In this document: one piece after another, positions 12,857 to 25,200 of the stretch
Layout of the letters: each line of letters opens with the position of its first letter
Position numbering within the stretch: position 1 is the first letter of the stretch
Source of the DNA: Tubiluchus corallicola
Taxonomy: Eukaryota > Animalia > Priapulida
Assembly: GCA_030141605.1 (NCBI GenBank)
Contig: JAQGDQ010000033.1
Coordinates: 62,001 to 126,000, forward strand
Length of the DNA stretch: 64,000 nt
Reading direction: 5' to 3'
The notes under the pieces: model-generated
Database searches by the model: none
Told to the model about the DNA's origin: nothing
The model's input: the letters and a program-made list of their open reading frames with translations, nothing else
Position numbers and translations under genes: made by a program

Positions 12857-15800
12857 ATTCACAGTGAGTCATGAAAATTCGATAAAGTCAGTACCTAATT
12901 GGAATAATATAAACCTATAAAACATCAACAAGAGCCATAAGAACCTTTCAACTAATTACGAATTCTAAACTGCTAAATATGTTTGGGTACGCACATTCCT
13001 CATGCTGATTATAAGAACTGTATTGCCTACCAGAATGATGAAACTATGGGCTTTTAATCATTTTATGATCATTACTGTCACAGATTATTCCTTAATTTCT
13101 TGTTAAATAATATCGTAAAAACATCACGAAAACAATAAAAAGGGAAGATATAAAATAATATACCTTGACGTAAATTGTGAAACAATCGATAATGTTTTCA
13201 AAACAAAAATGTTTTAATTTTCATAGGAAGTTGTTGCATTTCACTAAACGAATTTTTAAAAAGTTTGCAGCTCCATTCTTGTAACTATGGTTATATATTA
13301 CATTTTTAAATTCGGTAATTTCTCGGGGTAAGCATTTTATTCGTCACACTACTCTATAAACTTAAGTTAAAGAACACAAATCCTACTAACGTTACTTTGC
13401 CCTTGGCGCCATTTTGAAATCTGTGCAGACAAATTAGGAGACATTGTCAGTAGAGTGGTTGTTATAGTATTTGATTTGTGAAACAAAAGTAGACATATTA
13501 AGCGTTTATTGTGTGCACGCTTTATAAACCCACATCATGGTCTAGATGATTCGGATTTTTGCCTTCGTCTTGTCATTAGGCGTGTTTTCATTGGCCGATT
13601 CAACAAGGTTTCCTTGCTAACAAAGGAATGTATAGATACTGACAGATTCTGCGATGTTTCGCGAGTACTGTCTTCCTAATTTAAGTCTTCACCGATACCA
13701 CTGAACGCTAAATGGCGTCTGATTAAATTATAGAATTTCATTAGCGAGGATTCACAAACGGACAGTGAGCGAATCTGAGAATTTTACACAGAGAGCTCGA
13801 CCAGCGGGCAGGCGACAAACGGGCTTCCATTTTGTCGTCAGCAAACTGAATTTGCACGAGTCAACTGTTTGGGTAACGTGTAGCCAAATGAAGTTAGGGC
13901 TAAACCGTCCGCGTGTTATATAATAAACAGGTTAAACTGTTCAGTTCATGCGAATTCTATGACGAGGCTTTCTTGTAATTTAAAACCAGATTGTGAGCAA
14001 TTTTCTGTCACTACTTATTTATCAGAAATACATGTCTTACATATATGGAGTTGCTGCGCCTAATATTGCTATGGAAGGTAATATCATGTAGTGAAATTGT
14101 ATTAAAAACCGTTTAATGTTGAATGATTTTATCAACTTGAGTTACAAAAATGAACATGTTACGTATTCATTACACTTTGCGAAAAAGCTCAAGTTTTGAT
14201 AAACTTAAAAATAAAATTCATAACATAGATTATTCTTCTTTTACAATGAGGAGGTTCTGAGCCTTGGCAAATATGTCAAAATATGCTTAATATAACAGTG
14301 GAATAACACAACATTAAAGAACAATTTCAGTCCGGACTCACCGGCTGATATTATTCTTTATTTCACTGCAAAGAAAAATTATAAGTACTTAGAATCACAT
14401 TTTATTTTTGTTCGACAGATTATTGACTTTACTTATAGATACTTTACCGCAAATCTGCGGTACTACAAAATAATTTATTGTTTGTAGAGTCTAAAGTGTT
14501 GTGCATACTTTTTGGGCTAAACATGCCCGTTCCACTAATATAAGCGTGTGCGTTACATGAGCGAAGTCTTGTGAAGTGAAGCGGTTATTGATATTGATCT
14601 TTTCATTAAAATTAATTTTATTAATATTTTAAAATAAAAAAGCAATATTAATTACTTCAGTTTTGTACAACGACAAAAGTTTTTACGTTCATATTACGTC
14701 AGATTTATTTTTAATATGCGTATAAGAAAATTTTCATGACTTTGCGCAATTTGCAAATGTTTCGTTATACACTGTAGTTATAAGTAGAATGAAATAAGAA
14801 AATCTTTTGAGATCATTGAAAAAATCAAATGTATATCATTACTTGTCTGCCGCTCCAACAAAGTTAAAAATTCTTTTCGACATAGAACAGATGGCATAAA
14901 TTATCTGTCCTTTTCGTTTTTCCATTCAGGGTTTTCCTCAAGCAGATTTGCTTCACAAATAATATTATTACTTACAATTGTCATATCAACGAGTCAAGCG
15001 CGGGTACATAATTGGTACAATTGTCCAATTGAATGATATATTCCATTCTTGCTAGCAAATATCCAACATTTGGCTCTGTATTTCAAACATGTAATTTTCA
15101 CTGCGGTAGGGGAATGCAGCCCCAACGCCCACATAATTGTGAAATGAAGCTCCACCCTTACACTTGTCACTCGATGACGCAACGCAGCTGTTCAAGATTT
15201 TATTCTTTTATAAATCTGACAAAGCCGAGATTTACGGGGTCTCACAAGGTCTATTTTAAGTTGCAAATGTTACAATTTGATAGCGGATAATATAGACTTT
15301 ATAGTAGTACTACAAATAAACCAATTACTGTAAATAATTTTTGAAATTTAGCTCCCGTTTACACCTACAAAGCATGATAAAAGACGTTAATTAGGATGTA
15401 AAAACATCATAGTAATAATTAACTTAATTTCCTGATTTGCGAACATTTTATTGTGAAGTTTCATCATCGTTGTTACAGTAGTGTAGTCATCGTTTTTATA
15501 GTACTTAGTGTTAGTCATGTACTAGTTGTGTTAGCTAGTGTTTCAAGTGTTGTAAACAACGATGTTAAACAAATAAGAGTTCTACTACTACTGCTACTAG
15601 AACTACTACCACTATGGCTACGTCCTAGTCAGGGTTTATCAGTGAGTTTATCAGTATAAGTGCGAGATAAATTTCAAAATTTATTTACAGTCATTGACAT
15701 TTATTTGTAGTACTATTATAAAGACACTATAGTATTAGACAGTATCAAATTGTAACAGTTAAACACCTGTTCACCTAATTGTACTTAAGTAATTAAGTGA

Positions 15801-16042
15801 ATATCTATAAGATTCTGCTCTTTTCGACATTTTCCTCATCGGAAGACCATCACGCTCCCTTGTGATTTTGAGAGTGGTGAAATGCCCTTTATTAATGCGT
15901 TTACTAGAGAACAGTTTTAAAATTCCTTAACATAAAACAGCTTCCTGTTAATGTTTATTCCCAAAATGTGTTGCTTTATTACTGCTGTTTTAAATATATT
16001 AAGTTTACTGAAACCAAAATAAATTATGCACAAACAGTGCAA

Positions 16043-16112
16043 GAGGAATGGCCGAGTGGTGCCCAGTTACCAAAGTTAGGCAACGCCAAACCTAGTCAGA
16101 AAGTGGACGGAT
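16043..16112 (+). mobile_element. tRNA/5S-rRNA composite SINE fragment
   Basis: A-box TGGCCGAGTGG followed by AAGTTAGGCAACG..CCTAGTCAGAAAGTGGA, resembling the 5S internal control region. Confidence 0.4.
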
Positions 16113-16285
16113 AAATGGTTACTAATTAACTTGGTGTCAACTGTAATAGTTGCTAGAATGTCTGTTGACTCGTATTTTATCTCACATAGAGAATGTACAT
16201 ATTGTGCTTATCACACAAGCGTTCCTCCAGGCTCAGTGCCACTTTATCAGACCATTAGAAAAAAAACTAAGGCAAGCTGCCTAAA

Positions 16286-16422
16286 GTCTATTTCTATGTC
16301 GATGTCGATGTCTATGTCTATGGTTATATCTAAATCCATTTCTACCTTTATATCTAGTTGTCTGTCTATGTCTATGTTTATATCTGTACCTATTTCTATA
16401 TTTATGTCAATGCCCATGTCTA
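16286..16422. repeat. Degenerate hexanucleotide repeat (TCTATG/TCGATG/TTTATA)
   Basis: 6-bp period; source of the SMSMSM ORF. Confidence 0.85.
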
Positions 16423-16460
16423 ATATTAAGGATAACTAAGTCTATACCTTCTACATTTAC

Positions 16461-16690
16461 CTGTATTCTGGCTTCATTTAGCTTTGTCGTCCGAGCTAAC
16501 TCTTCGCGACAATAAATATCTGGATAATGACTTTTGGAGAATGCTGATTCCAGTTCCTGTAACTGTTCCTGTGTGAATGTGGTCCTGTGTCTCCTTCTGG
16601 CCGGAGTAGGGCAGGAACTCGAAGGCGCACTCGTTATTGAATTGGCTGTCGAAATGCTGTTCTCTTGTTTCAATTTTTTAAAAGCGCCCT
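16461..16690 (-). CDS. PROP1: Prop-family homeobox exon 2 (EGAFKKLK...[46 protein letters not shown])
   Basis: tttttgcag acceptor and GTAAAT donor; homeodomain nearly identical to the Drosophila CG32532 (Prop family) homeodomain as recalled; intron at the canonical PRD-class position between residues 46 and 47. Confidence 0.93.
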
Positions 16691-17785
16691 CTGCAAAAAT
16701 TTATAAAAATAATATAGCAACATAATACAACTAGCACTTGAAATTTTATGATCTCTTAAAATTTAATAATGTTGTTAGTTGCTCAAAAACAGTGAATGAC
16801 TAAATACATTATTATAGCAAGATAATTATAGTGACTATTGTTCCTTTCCTGATTTGTTTCTTTCTGTTTTTGAAAATGCTTACAGTTTTTCTGCTTAATT
16901 TATTTTATATTAACTGCCTTAATCCATCGTTGTTACTCAATTTTCAGTAATTCAAGAAATTACTCAATCTTGTGGCTATCCGATAATGGATGCTGTAGAG
17001 GTTTTGGTCGTCACTAACAGCAACGGCGACTGGATATCACACTGTGATAAATTTAAATTACATAAGTTCACAATTTCGCAATTCTTCGTCAAAAATTCAA
17101 AAGTTACTTATTTCGCTTGGTCAAAATACGTATGTATACAGAATCGTGAATTTTAACGATGCCTCTGTTTTTATCTTAAATTTTACCAAAGTAACGTTAC
17201 AAATATTTTACATCCTTCATTATATTGAGGCACAGCTGTACCAATGTACAATCGTGCAAAAATTGAGTAAATTTCGTAAATTACATAAAGATAATATAAT
17301 TTTCAGTAAGCATATTTAAAGCCACTATTGGTGGTAAATGCGCTGAAAGCATGTTGCCGGAGCGTAAAGGCGTTATTACAGGAAATGTTATTTGTTACGG
17401 AGCTTACCTGACAACATGCAGTGTGATTGAATTTCGATTATTAGTTTTGTCTATAATGATACAGCGATGCTGTACATCTTTCTGTGCCTTATAAAGCTGG
17501 CTGAATCATAAAATACAAAATTATCTTCAAAAATTTTATAATACATTATATTCGTCCGTCCAAATGACAAACTTTCTATTTTATTTTTAGTTGCCTTTAT
17601 TATTTGTACTAAATCACTGCTCAAAATGAAAATATAAGCAAATTTTAAATGAGATAAATTAAATGAGATATTTAGTTTACTTTTTATCTTTTTGAATTTT
17701 AATGATGGGTTAAACTTGTGTTTTATGTAAACATCGCTGACTAAAAGCAAAATGCTTGTCCAGGCCCAAAAGCTGGCAGTTCGGT

Positions 17786-18270
17786 AAGGTACGAAAAAAA
17801 TACCGCATTTCATACCTCTAAAAAATACCGCGCGGTAATTCCGTACCTAGTGCATGTACGATAAACAGCGGTGTTATATGAGTAGATGTCAGGCGTGGGA
17901 AGAATCTAACCAGTTTGTAAATAACAACAAACGTAATTTACGGAAAATGACAACTGGTGCTTCTCAACAACTTGCCTCTTTTGTACCCAAAACGAACCAG
18001 TTTCAGATTTATCAGATTCAGATTTTCAGATACAGTTTATTTCACGTATGTTCAAACCATATCAGTACAACATTAAGCTGTTTAGTAAATGTGAACAAAA
18101 ATATGGTGTAGCCGTCTAGCCGTCTTTGTGTGTGATCTGTGCTGATTTGTCCATGCACCCATGAGCTTAACAAGCCACGCTGAGTTGCTAACCAATGAAA
18201 ACGTTACAAGAACCTGAGTAAAAATAAGGGAAAAGTTGGATAAAGGTACGAAAAAAACACCGTAATTCCA
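17786..18270. repeat. Dispersed direct repeat AAGGTACGAAAAAAA(T/C)ACCG (17786, 18243), probable transposon relic
   Basis: 19/20 match between copies, plus partial sub-repeats. Confidence 0.45.
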
Positions 18271-20954
18271 TCAAACCAAACCACAAAAGCAAAACAATTT
18301 CAGCGCTAATGAGTCTTTATCCCGTTATAGTATAGTGAGTTTTGGCATCAACTCCTCTAATTAACAAAGTAAAAATAATACACTAAATTTTAAATATGTT
18401 TTACGTACATTTTTTCAAAAATTTTTAGGAACAAGTGCGAAGGGAAAACGTGGTGTGCTTATAAAACTAATTACATGATAAAAATACGCTAGTAATAGCG
18501 GCTTTTTATCTTTATCTCTTTGCTTCCTAGCTGTGCATGAATGTACTGAAGCAAGTTTCTTGCCGAAGAACTGAATACACTTACTGGATATTTTTACCAA
18601 TTTTTCGTACGTTGACTCGTTGAAACTCGTACCATGCGAGATTTCGCGAGATCAAAGCTAAACCGCGACTAGGATTGCACTTCATATTTACTTAAACGCA
18701 AGCCAGCATTCGCACTTAAAACCCAAATGGGTTATTAATTTTGAATATTTGCCATTATGATGCGAATTTTCTCAATCAGATTATAAGCGCTGTCACAATC
18801 ATTTATCTCAGTGTCGAGTCTTAAAGGACTAGGTCTGTACCGCAATAGCTACACTGAATTATAGCAAAACTTGCGATTAGCAGCTTAATCCAGAACCAAA
18901 CTGGATGTACCTAAGCGTAGCCAAAAGGAGCAAAAGCCGTCTAAGTTTTAAATTCATTTTACATAACACAACTTTTTCCTTCAAGTTGAACAGTGACATC
19001 AATCATTAGTGCTCAATGAAGAAATGTAGTACTACTATTCCGTTGCGCTTTAAATAAAAATAAATAAATAGTAAGATGGATAATGCGATTGAAAATAAAA
19101 TAATCAAAAAACTGTTACTTGCATATACGTGTAATATGTTATGAAATCAAGTTAGCTTCCATAAAATGTGATTTGTAATTACTAGAGCAATTAACTACAG
19201 AGAAATCACTGCATTATTTGCACAACTAATATATTTTATAGATTTCACATTTCTCTTATAAGAATAATATTTTTTAGGAAATGTTAAGATTCTTTTTGAT
19301 ACGAACTTCCATCAGTATTCATTTAAAAATAAATTATTCTGAAAACTAGCCCTAAGCGTCTACATGAATAATTTTGAACCGCCGAACATGATAAATCTAA
19401 GAAAAACACGGTCTTCGCAACAATGTAACCTAGGCAATCCCACTGCTATTTGTGCCAGCAGGTTCGCAGTAATTAGCAATATAATGAGTACAATGAGTAT
19501 ACTCAATTATCAGAAATCGAATCTTGCAAAACCCGTACCACAGTGACCGCACATCTGCCAATGGTCAGTTTTTCAACTAAAAGGCGGTATGTACTATTAA
19601 TAATAATAAAGAAAAACTACAGGTCCAGCTTCATGTTTTGCTTGGACCACAGCATAAAAAATTACTTAGATATATCAATCACTATTTAAGACACATACAC
19701 ACACCTTTTCCGAATTCATGTGAAATGAATAATTGAATATTGATAACTTCATTCACTTCGCGTCGTAAACGATAGCCAAACTAGACATTATGTGCTCACG
19801 GAGTAACTAAGTAGGCCTAATTTTTACATACAATATCAACTTTACTACATCGATAATATGACATTTTCCTACTGTTTCAGACGCTTAAAAAATAGCACAA
19901 CTTTTAGTTAATAAAACTAGGTTTCATCGGCTTGTAATTTGAAACAGGTCTTACTTTTAATGCTTGTTTTAGAAGAATGATTTAGGCATTCACGTAATTA
20001 TACTATGGCGATTAAAATTAAAATTAAATAACTACAATCTCATTTAAAATTCGACTCAGAGATGAAAGAAATAATCAACTGAATGAGCAAATAATGTTCA
20101 GCGTCAATAAATTCTCTGCCTAAACTAAATGCAATTCATTTCGAAATTGATCTGAACCATTCAACATCCCTCATGCTTGCGCTGAAAATTATTATGACGT
20201 GAGCAACAGTTTTTTTACTACATGCATTGAAAGGTCACAAGTAATTATTATTATAAAATAGGTTAATTGGTTAATTAAAATAAAACTAATGCCCCTGGGA
20301 GTTGGCGTATTACTGCTTTGTTAACGCTAGGTACAGGGACATGTCATATGAATGGTGTTGTTTTACTCTTTGCAACCTGTAATGAGTGCTGAAACCGCAA
20401 TTGAACGTGTCATTCTATTAAACTGCATGTACAGCTCAACAGTTCCCAGTGGATTCCAGAGCGAATAGCCTGTGATAATGATTTTTCTTCGTGTTTTATG
20501 AACACATGAACGCATTCGAGCAATACACAAAAGCTTATAGGTCCGTGTATATGTGAGTATTAAATTATCATAGCAAATCGCGAAGAGCAAAAATAGACAG
20601 GCTTAATTTTACACTTTTCCGCGCAGCGCCGTTGCATCGTTATTGCTGCGTGATAGCGTAAATTGGTGATGCTAAAAACAGACAAACAAAGACAAAGATA
20701 AACAGATCTGAAATAGTCTTACTTATGTAGGATTACTTATTTAGTAATTTCGATAGACAGACAAAGAAATTATGAAAGAACCCGCAAATAACTAGTCCGG
20801 AATACGAACACTCCGTGGAGTAACCCAATGAACAAATGAAAACGTCAAGTCAATAAAAGTTAAAACAATTTAGGACATCGCACACACGGATTCGAATTCA
20901 TTGCAGTACGACGATTGCAACATAAATGTGCAAATAGTAGGTGTATCAAGATGA

Positions 20955-21032
20955 AGTTGTAGTCCGAAAACCCAAGGCTCAAAAGATGAAAATTGATGCA
21001 ACAGTTGTAGTCTGGGAGCCCAAGGCTCAAAA
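20955..21032. repeat. Two-copy tandem duplication, 48-bp period
   Basis: AGTTGTAGTC...CCCAAGGCTCAAAA at 20955 and 21003. Confidence 0.8.
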
Positions 21033-22656
21033 ATTGCTTCCGTCGCTCAGTCTGGTGACCAGTTTTTACCTATATCAGATGATAGAGGGAACCTTGGTGC
21101 TTGCTTCTTGGGTGGCAGTACTAATTTTCAGATGGGCTTGTGGGTGGCATAGGCCCATTGGTGGTACAATCCCCAAAAAACAGATTCACTGTATCTACAT
21201 GAATGAAAACTAATAGTGACCTACAGGCCATTGGCTAATTCTTGCAAATTATAAAATGATCACTACAAAGCCAATGTAATCGTATAAAAATTTACATAAA
21301 TGCACAATTTAAAGTAAGGCATTTTACTAACGGAATAGAATTGAAGTCATAGGCCTCCTTATCGTTACATTCTATATAGCCTAGTGCAGTTCCCTTAGGT
21401 GCACTCGCGTTAAATGAATGATTGCGGTTTAGTGAGGTATTATACAAAAATTAAACGTTTATTTCTTTTACGAAAACATCAGTAAAGCGTTTTGTACCTA
21501 TTTTCCCCTTTCGACCAGCTATTAATTAATAAAATCAACTGCAAATAATCAGTTTTTTTTTCATTAACGAGTTGTAGCTAAAAGTACGTGTTTGTTTCAG
21601 TTTGTAATCACTGGAATGCAACACGTAACAACACTGGCCAATCTACTTGATGATCTTAATTGCATTAGTGATTATAGGGGAAATAAATCTTTTTTTCGCC
21701 AATAATTTCATCAAACCGCCTATTATTGTTTCGTCACTGATGTCTTTTTGCATCACTTAATGTCTTCAGCTCCAGCAAATAGATGTATTTAATTGTGTAT
21801 TTACTTTAAGCCCTAAAAATTTCCTAAACAAAGTTATAGTACTTGATACTGTGCTTACCTGCTTGAAAGACTTACGTAGTTGGAATAAAAAATTCTTTAT
21901 AATTTAAAAAGTTCGCGCTAACTTGTAAAACGCCATTGCATCACCATCCCAGAATGCACATCTGAGTCACCAAAAAAACTTTATTGATCTTATTGACAAT
22001 ATAAAGTCATTTAAACTTATAGTTAGTTTGCAAGGAGTGTGCTACAAATGCTTTTTTTCAAATTTTGCGCAATGTTATATAAACTATGTCGATAGGACGT
22101 AAGTGATACAAAATTTCAAAATTTTTTAAGCATTATTATTGAAGAGTGTTTAGAGGAAACGGCCACTTTTGTGCTGCTTCTTATGTAAGGCGAATTGAAT
22201 TAAATGTTTGTGCTGCAGTAAGAAAAAGTACAGACACGACAAAGTGCTTATGCGATGAGACGTATACGCGATGTGACTGATATACACACACACATTAAAC
22301 GCCTATATATTATAATTATTGTTTGTCCTATTCACTTTTGCCATTTCCGTTGTACTAAATCTCCCTTTTCTTTTTCCAGCAGTAGTATGAAACCGAGCAG
22401 TAGTACTTACGTACCGACTTTCAACGAGCTTTTGATTAATTCACATTTATTCTATTTTATTACATTTGACCCTTTTCGTGGCGAGTGCAATAATCAAGGT
22501 TGTCCACCAAAATAGGAGTCTAATGGAATGCCGTTGATAAGAAAATGGTCAGAAATGGAAATTATCCTACTGGATTAACTGATAAGATAAAAAACGTTGG
22601 GATCATGGCTATTGCTACTTAAAAATGTAGAAAGGGTAACTGTTTATGTCATTTTC

Positions 22657-22669
22657 TTATATATATATT

Positions 22670-22705
<36 letters not shown>
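22657..22705. repeat. (TA)n microsatellite
   Basis: Read directly from the sequence. Confidence 0.95.
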
Positions 22706-24942
22706 CAAACTTTACTTGAAGTTTAAGCCAATTTAAACGTCGAAATTCTGGGCAATAGTTGCCGATTTAACATATTTTTAACTGTAGCGAAATTTGATAG
22801 TAATAGAATGGAAATAGATTTCCTCACTTTTTTCATTTTATTATTCTACGTACTCATTACTGAAAATGATATAGTTCAAGTAGGCTTGAACAATGTTTTA
22901 TCTCCTTTTTTAGTTTTAACTATTTCTAAAGTTTGAACGCTGTCTTAATATTAAAAACACACAGCTAATATATTACACTGTTAAAATATTGCTAAATTAT
23001 AGGTTACACTAATCGATAACACAAATTTTCGCTGTTTTAATAAATAGTATCTTTTCTACGTGAACATTGTCAGTTTGAATAAGACTTGGTGTTTGAGGTG
23101 CAGCAAGGTGTCATATAAGCCATAACACTTATTAACCACTTTATTTGTAAATAATTAAATTTTCTTATAGATTAAAAACTTATACGGCTTAGATACGCAA
23201 ACTTGAAATAAAAATAAAAATTTTTATGCATATTAAAGAAAGTGAAAAGGAATTTGCTTGTGACTGAAAACTTCTCACAAATGCTTGTATTAAATTTCGC
23301 ACTAAATGCACACATTTTTAAGCTGGATCATTTTTTTTCAAATACTTATACTAAAAACTGTGAAAATTGCGATTGACTATCATGTGTCTTGTTCGTTTGG
23401 TAATTAAAATTAATTGTGCATACTAAACATAGCTTTCTAAAATCGTGTGCATTATTTATTATCTCCAGTTCATTTTTATAAATTCTTTTTAATTTAAATA
23501 CTGACTCCTTTATGACTAGACCGAAATAAATAAATACTATTGCTGCTACTGTTAAAATAAAATTACATTATTTACTAACTCTTTTTAGTTTGGAATATAA
23601 AAATATGTTAAGCTAGCATTTCCAGATACTAGTTTAATGTTTATAACATACGTTACACAAGGGTTTTTTAAAGTAAATAACGACATAATAAAAATTTAAA
23701 CAAAGACTCTGACGTTTTTTAAACAATATTTTGTTTAAATTTACGTTTGAAATCCACATACCGTTACGCTAAAATCATTTACATCAGCTACAAAATTCAT
23801 TTCCTTGATCTTTCATTGACCAGTGAAATAAAACTTGCTGCGCACTACAACTTAGTAAATAAGCACTTGTGAGCAAATATATAGTATAACGTCGAACAAG
23901 TATTTGTGGTGTGACAAATGTAAGCGCTACCACAATATGACAAGTAGGGCTGGTTTTACCCATGCATGCTTTTTAAATAACAAAGTAATTCGGTCTATAC
24001 AGCATATATAAACATATGTTAGTCGTTATCTCTGTAAATCGAATCTTTCTGTGTTTTCTTGCACGCCAAACAATATAATTATGATTTTTATTAAAAAAAC
24101 CATATTAACGAAAATATAAGTCTGTGAACCTTTGCACTTTTGCTGAGTGTATGACTAGATTAACATTGGCTTAATATAACTAACAGATTGGTTTCATACG
24201 CTTTAGTTGAACGTATTTAAGCCAACGTAGTTAGAATATTCGTTGTATGATTTGTAAGCACGAACGTGTTCCAGGGACACTCCAACCGGCCTTAGATAAA
24301 AAAAGTTACCAATTGTCATTTTAAAATGTTCTGTATTTCCAGATTATTCGCAGTGCATCAGTGCATCACAGAGTATTACTGAAAACATGCTACTAATATA
24401 CTAACTCCAATTTAAAACTCGCATGCAGGATTTTAATTGTCGCTAGAGCGTCATATACTTGCACTGGAATGTCGTGTGAATTTTATTTTAGAGGATTTCT
24501 TTTTTGCCGCTAGTTAATAAATTTTAATGCATTTAGATGTTCTATTTTCATTTGCAGTCATTCTTGAAATAGATTTAACATGTTTAAAAACTTTAGAACA
24601 TCGACTTTCATTTCAGATTAACTTAAAAAAAATATAATGTATTATTAAAATTTGAGTTTTTAAAAGAACGGTGTAAATTATTTAAAAAATATTTGAGTAT
24701 GCAATAGGCGTAATTTTGTAAACCCATAGAATCGTGCTTTTGTTCAGCATTTATAAGTCAAGGCAGTTTTCGATGACGTCAGCGCGCTTTCTGCATTATT
24801 AAATTTGACCCCGTACGCTTCATGACAAACTTCATAATGTGCATAAACTTACATAATAAATTAGATTTTCAGTTTTGCGAGTATATTTATCCTAATACCG
24901 ACTAGGTAATATTTAAATAAATCGAAATCTGGTAGTTCTTAC

Positions 24943-25078
24943 CGGAGGGATCGGACAGACCGCGGGCGGCACTATCGAGTCCGTACAACGTTGTGAAATC
25001 GTCGCACTTTCGTTTGTCTCGATCCGGATCTCCTGTGACACTCAGACTCCGTCCGACATCGTCCGACATAGCCATCAT
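24943..25078 (-). CDS. PROP1: Prop/unc-42/CG32532-family homeobox gene, coding exon 1 (MMAMSDDVGRSLSVTGDPDRDKRKCDDFTTLYGLDSAARGLSDPS-)
   Basis: ATG at 25078 downstream of a TATA box; GC-rich open frame; GTAAGA donor; phase 1 matches exon 2. Confidence 0.75.
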
Positions 25079-25113
25079 AGAATCAAATGGCGCAAACAGC
25101 TTGATTTGTGCAC

Positions 25114-25200
25114 AACTAAGCACGAGGTAATGAAGTTTACTCCTGATGTGAATTTATAAGAAATAGCTCTGATCGCTTGCAGAATAATCGACCAATGAGA
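25114..25200 (-). promoter_or_regulatory. Prop core promoter: TATAAA (25158-25153), Inr-like TCATT/TTAGTT ~25-35 nt downstream, CCAAT box ~25192-25196
   Basis: Motifs are in the expected order and spacing just upstream of the ATG at 25078. Confidence 0.55.

Noticed and set aside
16131-16439. 102-aa ORF with SMSMSM
   Set aside because: Produced by the hexamer repeat; antisense within a Prop intron
24145-24205. TGACTAGAT miR-279-family seed-like sequence
   Set aside because: No complementary star arm; the rest does not match the family
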